DNA of 64,000 nucleotides from Bacteroidales bacterium (lineage in GTDB: Bacteria; Bacteroidota; Bacteroidia; Bacteroidales; F082): contig JAKSMV010000008.1 of assembly GCA_024400425.1 (NCBI GenBank), forward strand, positions 11,676-75,675, given 5' to 3'. Of this stretch, positions 63,001-64,000 are shown one piece after another. The notes beneath the pieces were generated by a model. The model did not search any database. It worked only from the letters and a program-made list of their open reading frames with translations, and was not told where the DNA came from. The position numbers and the translations under genes are program-made. How positions within the stretch are numbered: the first letter of the stretch is position 1; the number at the start of each line of letters is the position of its first letter.

Positions 63001-64000
63001 CGCGGGTTCGGGCTGTAGATTTTGCCAGCATAATTGGTGTTGTAGTTGCCGCCATCTACATTGGCATCCACGCCTGAATAGTAAGTCCAGTTGTGATCTT
63101 CGTAGTCGTAAAGCACAACAGTTTTGCCGAAAATGCCGCTGCTGTGAGCAAAAGTAGAATATGCGATATCAGAGTCATAATAACCTGTGCAGTAGGCTAT
63201 TGCCGCCACAGTGGTATTGCCTGGCACCTCGAATGGTCCTGTGTAAAGATGTCCATTGGTTGACGAAGGCACCGTACCATCGGTGGTATAGTAGATGGTT
63301 GCGCCTGGCGTAGCGCAGGTGATGGTGGTCAGGGCGCTGTCGCCGTTATCTTGGAAGTTGATGACCGGCGTTGCGCATTTCTCTTTCACCACCACGGTAA
63401 CGGTGGTGCTGCAGGCATCGCTGCCGTCGAGTTTCTTGGCCGTGAGGGTGACGATGACGGTGCCCATGGCATTGCCATGCACGCTGAAATCGCCAGTGCT
63501 GGCACCGCTGCCCGACGGAGTAATGGTGACGATACCGCTGGCTGCCGTTGCCACAACATTGTTGTAAACGTTGAAATCAGGCGTCAGATAATAATGAATG
63601 GTGCCGTTTTCGTTGACCACTATTTCCAAATCGTTAGCGTTGACACTGATGTTGGTCGGATTGGCAGGACGTTTCAGGGTGACAGTCTGGGTAGCCGTCT
63701 TGGTGCCGCTGCCATCATTTGGCGTAGCCGTCAGCTTAACGGTTACAACCTGGTCAGACGGAACGGGATTAGTATAGGTGATGACACCCGTAGTTGCATT
63801 GATAGTGGCATAACTGCCGGCATTCTCGAGCGACCAAGCGTAGGTGTAAGTAGCCGTAGGAGCTGTAGTAATGGGTTCCCCGTCCATATCGAAAAGGTGG
63901 CTGCTGTTACTATAGAACACATAATCCACATATTCCTGCTGATGTACGGCAACATGCGTGCGATGGAACGAAGCATTATCGCCTAGCTGGGCAATTACGG
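54090..64000 (-). CDS. giant (more than 3300 aa) T9SS-CTD surface protein: Big_2/Fn3-like modules, long Gly-rich parallel-beta-helix repeat region, GLUG-motif region; 5' end beyond the window
   Basis: The track's 'M' at 63929 is a GTG. I checked that the frame stays open to nt 64000 (...VIAQLGDNASFHRTHVAVHQQEYVDYVF), and there is no signal peptide at that GTG. Repeats such as NVYGGG, NVFGGA, DVFGAG recur roughly every 20-25 aa (about nt 59950..61900). GLUG-type motifs MGGLVGLLDGGNVHSC and LMGGLVGQTRNNASIKNSY lie at about nt 56130..56600. CTD: ...GLYLLHLSNGKQTKVQKIVVK. Confidence 0.85.
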   Translation of the reverse strand, partial: VIAQLGDNASFHRTHVAVHQQEYVDYVFYSNSSHLFDMDGEPITTAPTATYTYAWSLENAGSYATINATTGVITYTNPVPSDQVVTVKLTATPNDGSGTKTATQTVTLKRPANPTNISVNANDLEIVVNENGTIHYYLTPDFNVYNNVVATAASGIVTITPSGSGASTGDFSVHGNAMGTVIVTLTAKKLDGSDACSTTVTVVVKEKCATPVINFQDNGDSALTTITCATPGATIYYTTDGTVPSSTNGHLYTGPFEVPGNTTVAAIAYCTGYYDSDIAYSTFAHSSGIFGKTVVLYDYEDHNWTYYSGVDANVDGGNYNTNYAGKIYSPNPRNVKVTYLGNGGEVSISEEQNTFIYYKTLESKGGQYTYQVISNPFSKRPTGMGFGGWKIISGGDKIQGHNNNDVLALDEEITFTNLTYTSVNCTSAEIVLQATWVDATIVRNTTSGLSSSGTYETNIIVLSQNYTNDIAPSYPCTIMMVEPDGSADYRGSYTFSGNITPNNSGVTKIENAKWNPGGNIAAGGKSLWIGRGVTCVTNTGRTVTLASGGTVDQVVKIESGTFSSLTHYSSAPSSLVKQYLILGCDYDRAANDNSKLTFTSTFIANRIDGGSGFNQEAFRTYSKSGSFMTSVSISNAAQTNSYYLSRYTTSGPGRSRYFEIEGGEWYANISGGQDNNGSTPTDKFAFTFRMKGGKVRGSIYGAAQQTNCVGNRLMVITGGEIGGWVAGAANGIQSGSGYLYGTTYVYFGGNAEIATKYQERNNHATTSIQNSIGGYVFGSGCGYSASSHAGEVTVSTNVVMADNASVEYGVYGGGAYGYSSGTANVYVTGGHVASTYDSQYSVFGGVYGGARQNDGGVANIYMTGGQIDGKTYNSNHGGGLFGGSNSSGDLSGAVKIVAVGGQVGTNTQNANIHGGGYGSSTSVAGNVDITLGDSNGNYPTVYGDVYGGSALGSVNNSTSNHTYITMNDGLIHGDIYGGGLGDNATAANVKGNVSVTVNKGVAENVFGCNNVNGKPSGTVAVTMTGGTINHSVYGGGNAAAYTGNPTVTISGGEVKENVFGAGLGSSAAVTGNTSVIISNAATKIGGSVFGGGSNGSVIGTATVSVADATVGGSVYGAGLGSGTNVSSTTSVSITGLANIAGNIYGGGDAGDVGGNTSVTINGNGLQVNDVFGAGKGTASNVGGTTNVTVDNGTVKGDVFGGAEEGTVKTGTTDYTSNSASVTLNNGTVRGNVYGGGKLGAVTGRTIVNINGGRVESNVFGGAMGEQGTILVAGLKTINMTGGTVIGNVYGGSQNANDANVLSNPSETELASTVFVNISGGRVVKNVYGGGFFGNISGSVTVNIGENAIVNAPDASANANKLSSLSHATAVQIEGSVYVGSDWGEISSGQSFGDPNISGYSNIYIDGTGYDMQQPLTGNFMVVSGSVYGAGTSSDAGKQGRSIYIRNYGLPVGSGDALEGCTRSLYSIQRADSLFLENAHITFLGQGDMTSLVTTERLSIVNVFEDMRLTQGSTVDVNSPINNLRKLQSLSIVNGKTLYNALPGDYDPVNYDELSTNGQGNRFRVNLGGYINVKYPAAWAGDEINVWLYGELKGFFYMITSTHSSFAYARPKNAGSSACPGAYDNPYDGGFVSYDPTKNLYDESGTQVTSGGVQIPFTNQVPTSKDDVQYYRFWKFIEEGDNAREAVLVAKSDGKNEKHYQYTSSTVELPASTGCYFKVRSIDWGLDAAGIDAAFMRNNEETWSYWNDDEHVLYEHLDTLNGQGAYIPAQLRYIDASPNTVFGLAVRGEGCLVAGVQESTNSWETPDDPSTVNERYALIVSNNTTTEHLASRRFYVNKNHLTETPKLEFMLTYSNRVDKNAILSSVHIIVDEYNCDDDEHPISSTDVEVIINTATVIDQDFTVPGYALMYGKGENGDVYNAKVVLPTFQLQPGSEERFSTFKITNIVTNLTLDGEAVTVHPVEWFDDHEGGVKDLAVRYGASLTFDNTQGWLTGYEIEHPENSLHDVAKFGTEGPVELGTADGRQNFGLALDLIYNGRLNISPKDNFLGTITFTVEFNNYEEGVEWSSFDITYKITERGAAVNWYIDGQAGKNLNSGKFPNDAKKSLSGVFNSPTYAPSDNIFIVNTIEINDKFGTEWNGLTYGANNVILYRYPGGHQEKDNTTGEGVLDPFNGTMVVVNKDFTMRGITLDGMNEYNGQYHELLNPDFYHTLGEGQHGFTITPTAPIIELKDGVSAFFYQSRVRNNLNNNGGTAGILINEGSALSLFDQSSVTGNRNGYGIDLDGTLNVSGKVTIENNLTDGKNTNIDIDDDDNRVMIDYSKNGLAEGAHIGITKSIPEGEGFTPIAYSELEQRAEEAYLNGYFFDDQGIYAVVYIPTDENLGPNTLYFGKTWVTVVTSEPTGFALDNIDSDEDLAWVISMVNGFNGQTANPNLNVTITEDLNMSRYIWVPIGNSTHKFSGVFDGGGHQVNGLVCSMSGLGAVGLLGYVDGANAEVKNVFAMDATLEAPDQNYMGSIAGVVSGGATVHSCEGALDLHTSNVNTVMGGLVGLLDGGNVHSCISAANLNGYLMGGLVGQTRNNASIKNSYAYAGVTYKGAGGHHIAGMVADNEGTVESCYIRLRDSYDLNEESFFVLADKNGGTVSQCYYADGVTEDYGLYNTGNAPSNCDVYFPGTHPYTYNENYNRVGNKTTGDYLLDILNDYAETNDMDTWFRSASDLNEDLPLLRFPNLASVSNVAGSPKFYYLNSLQAAFDKFGTETTNNVYVDVYGNSDVETTGSNTSSSKIKLAINEDAAVLQSDGSTLVASVGITLDNSAGSEGANPTNGDPDAIDWHMFSTSLSNAPLGINYTDNDQHDWWTQGHHADYSFYPDNSSYSGYFPGNTPVAQYDFYCYYEPQYHWINFKRNGNSHWHEDPNEEDQHEWIDYQYTPNGGSLVHGRDSNNEPEFIRGKGYLISVNDETFLQATGTLNNGTVTYPDVTASSDKCHGLNLIGNPYQSYLDFKEFAVGNSGSGKIWSAPENAFYTLIDEDMKGYVTYHYDASWNEGGITASRYINMHQGFFVVTQGNATATFTNAMRNGKGCNTTFRGDDEEMPRFPLVNLILNEQNGNRDYTVIELGRPEAGGAKKIKTLRIGKAQIYAHYENEDYAIAFTKTGESSIPVRFSTDENATFTLNWNTQNGTFSYLHLFDNMTGMDIDCLATDEYVFTATPDDYESRFKLVFAYTGIDENEIEMPDSFAFFNGDELIVNGEGRLECIDLQGRRLFVTDVYGTQNHVTLPDYASGLYLLHLSNGKQTKVQKIVVK

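Overview
This 64-kb chromosomal segment reads as Bacteroidota, probably Bacteroidales or Prevotella-like. The cues are TAnnTTTG -7 boxes a short distance upstream of many start codons, lipobox lipoproteins, many T9SS C-terminal sorting domains (CTDs), and sprA. I call about 46 protein genes and 2 tRNAs; I saw no rRNA, CRISPR, IS element or prophage. The housekeeping backbone is cdd, queA, tatA/tatC, nifJ (PFOR), ruvA, sprA (T9SS translocon), gcvH, a TonB-like gene, uvrC, thiL, dus, exbB-exbD-exbD, ansA, tatD, hflX and trpS. The accessory and surface content is as follows. (1) A minus-strand cluster at the left edge runs lipoprotein -> T9SS-CTD propeller-like protein -> YadA-head-like repeat protein -> mini YD-repeat+CTD protein -> SpvB/TcdB-head RHS/Tc-type gene, which runs off the window. 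(2) A second, diverged copy of the lipoprotein + CTD-protein cassette lies at 25.3-27.9 kb. (3) There is a T9SS-CTD thioredoxin-fold protein. (4) A CTD protein of more than 3300 aa (beta-helix plus GLUG motifs) runs off the right edge. It is translationally coupled by an ATGA overlap to a 99-aa protein with a PEP-CTERM-like tail. The non-coding highlights are four. A very regular 15-unit x 42-bp tandem array (6736..7358) has a 5-unit (~210 bp) higher-order structure. REP-like 'GTAGAG + palindrome' elements occur at four gene ends. A perfect 17-bp inverted repeat sits in a three-hairpin spacer. Intercistronic direct and heptamer repeats occupy the trpS-hflX-tatD-ansA gene string. All calls come from reading the sequence and the supplied translations and from motif recognition; no database search or folding program was run. 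The ORF track renders TTG/GTG starts as M, so several starts were moved to the first ATG that gives a sensible N-terminus.
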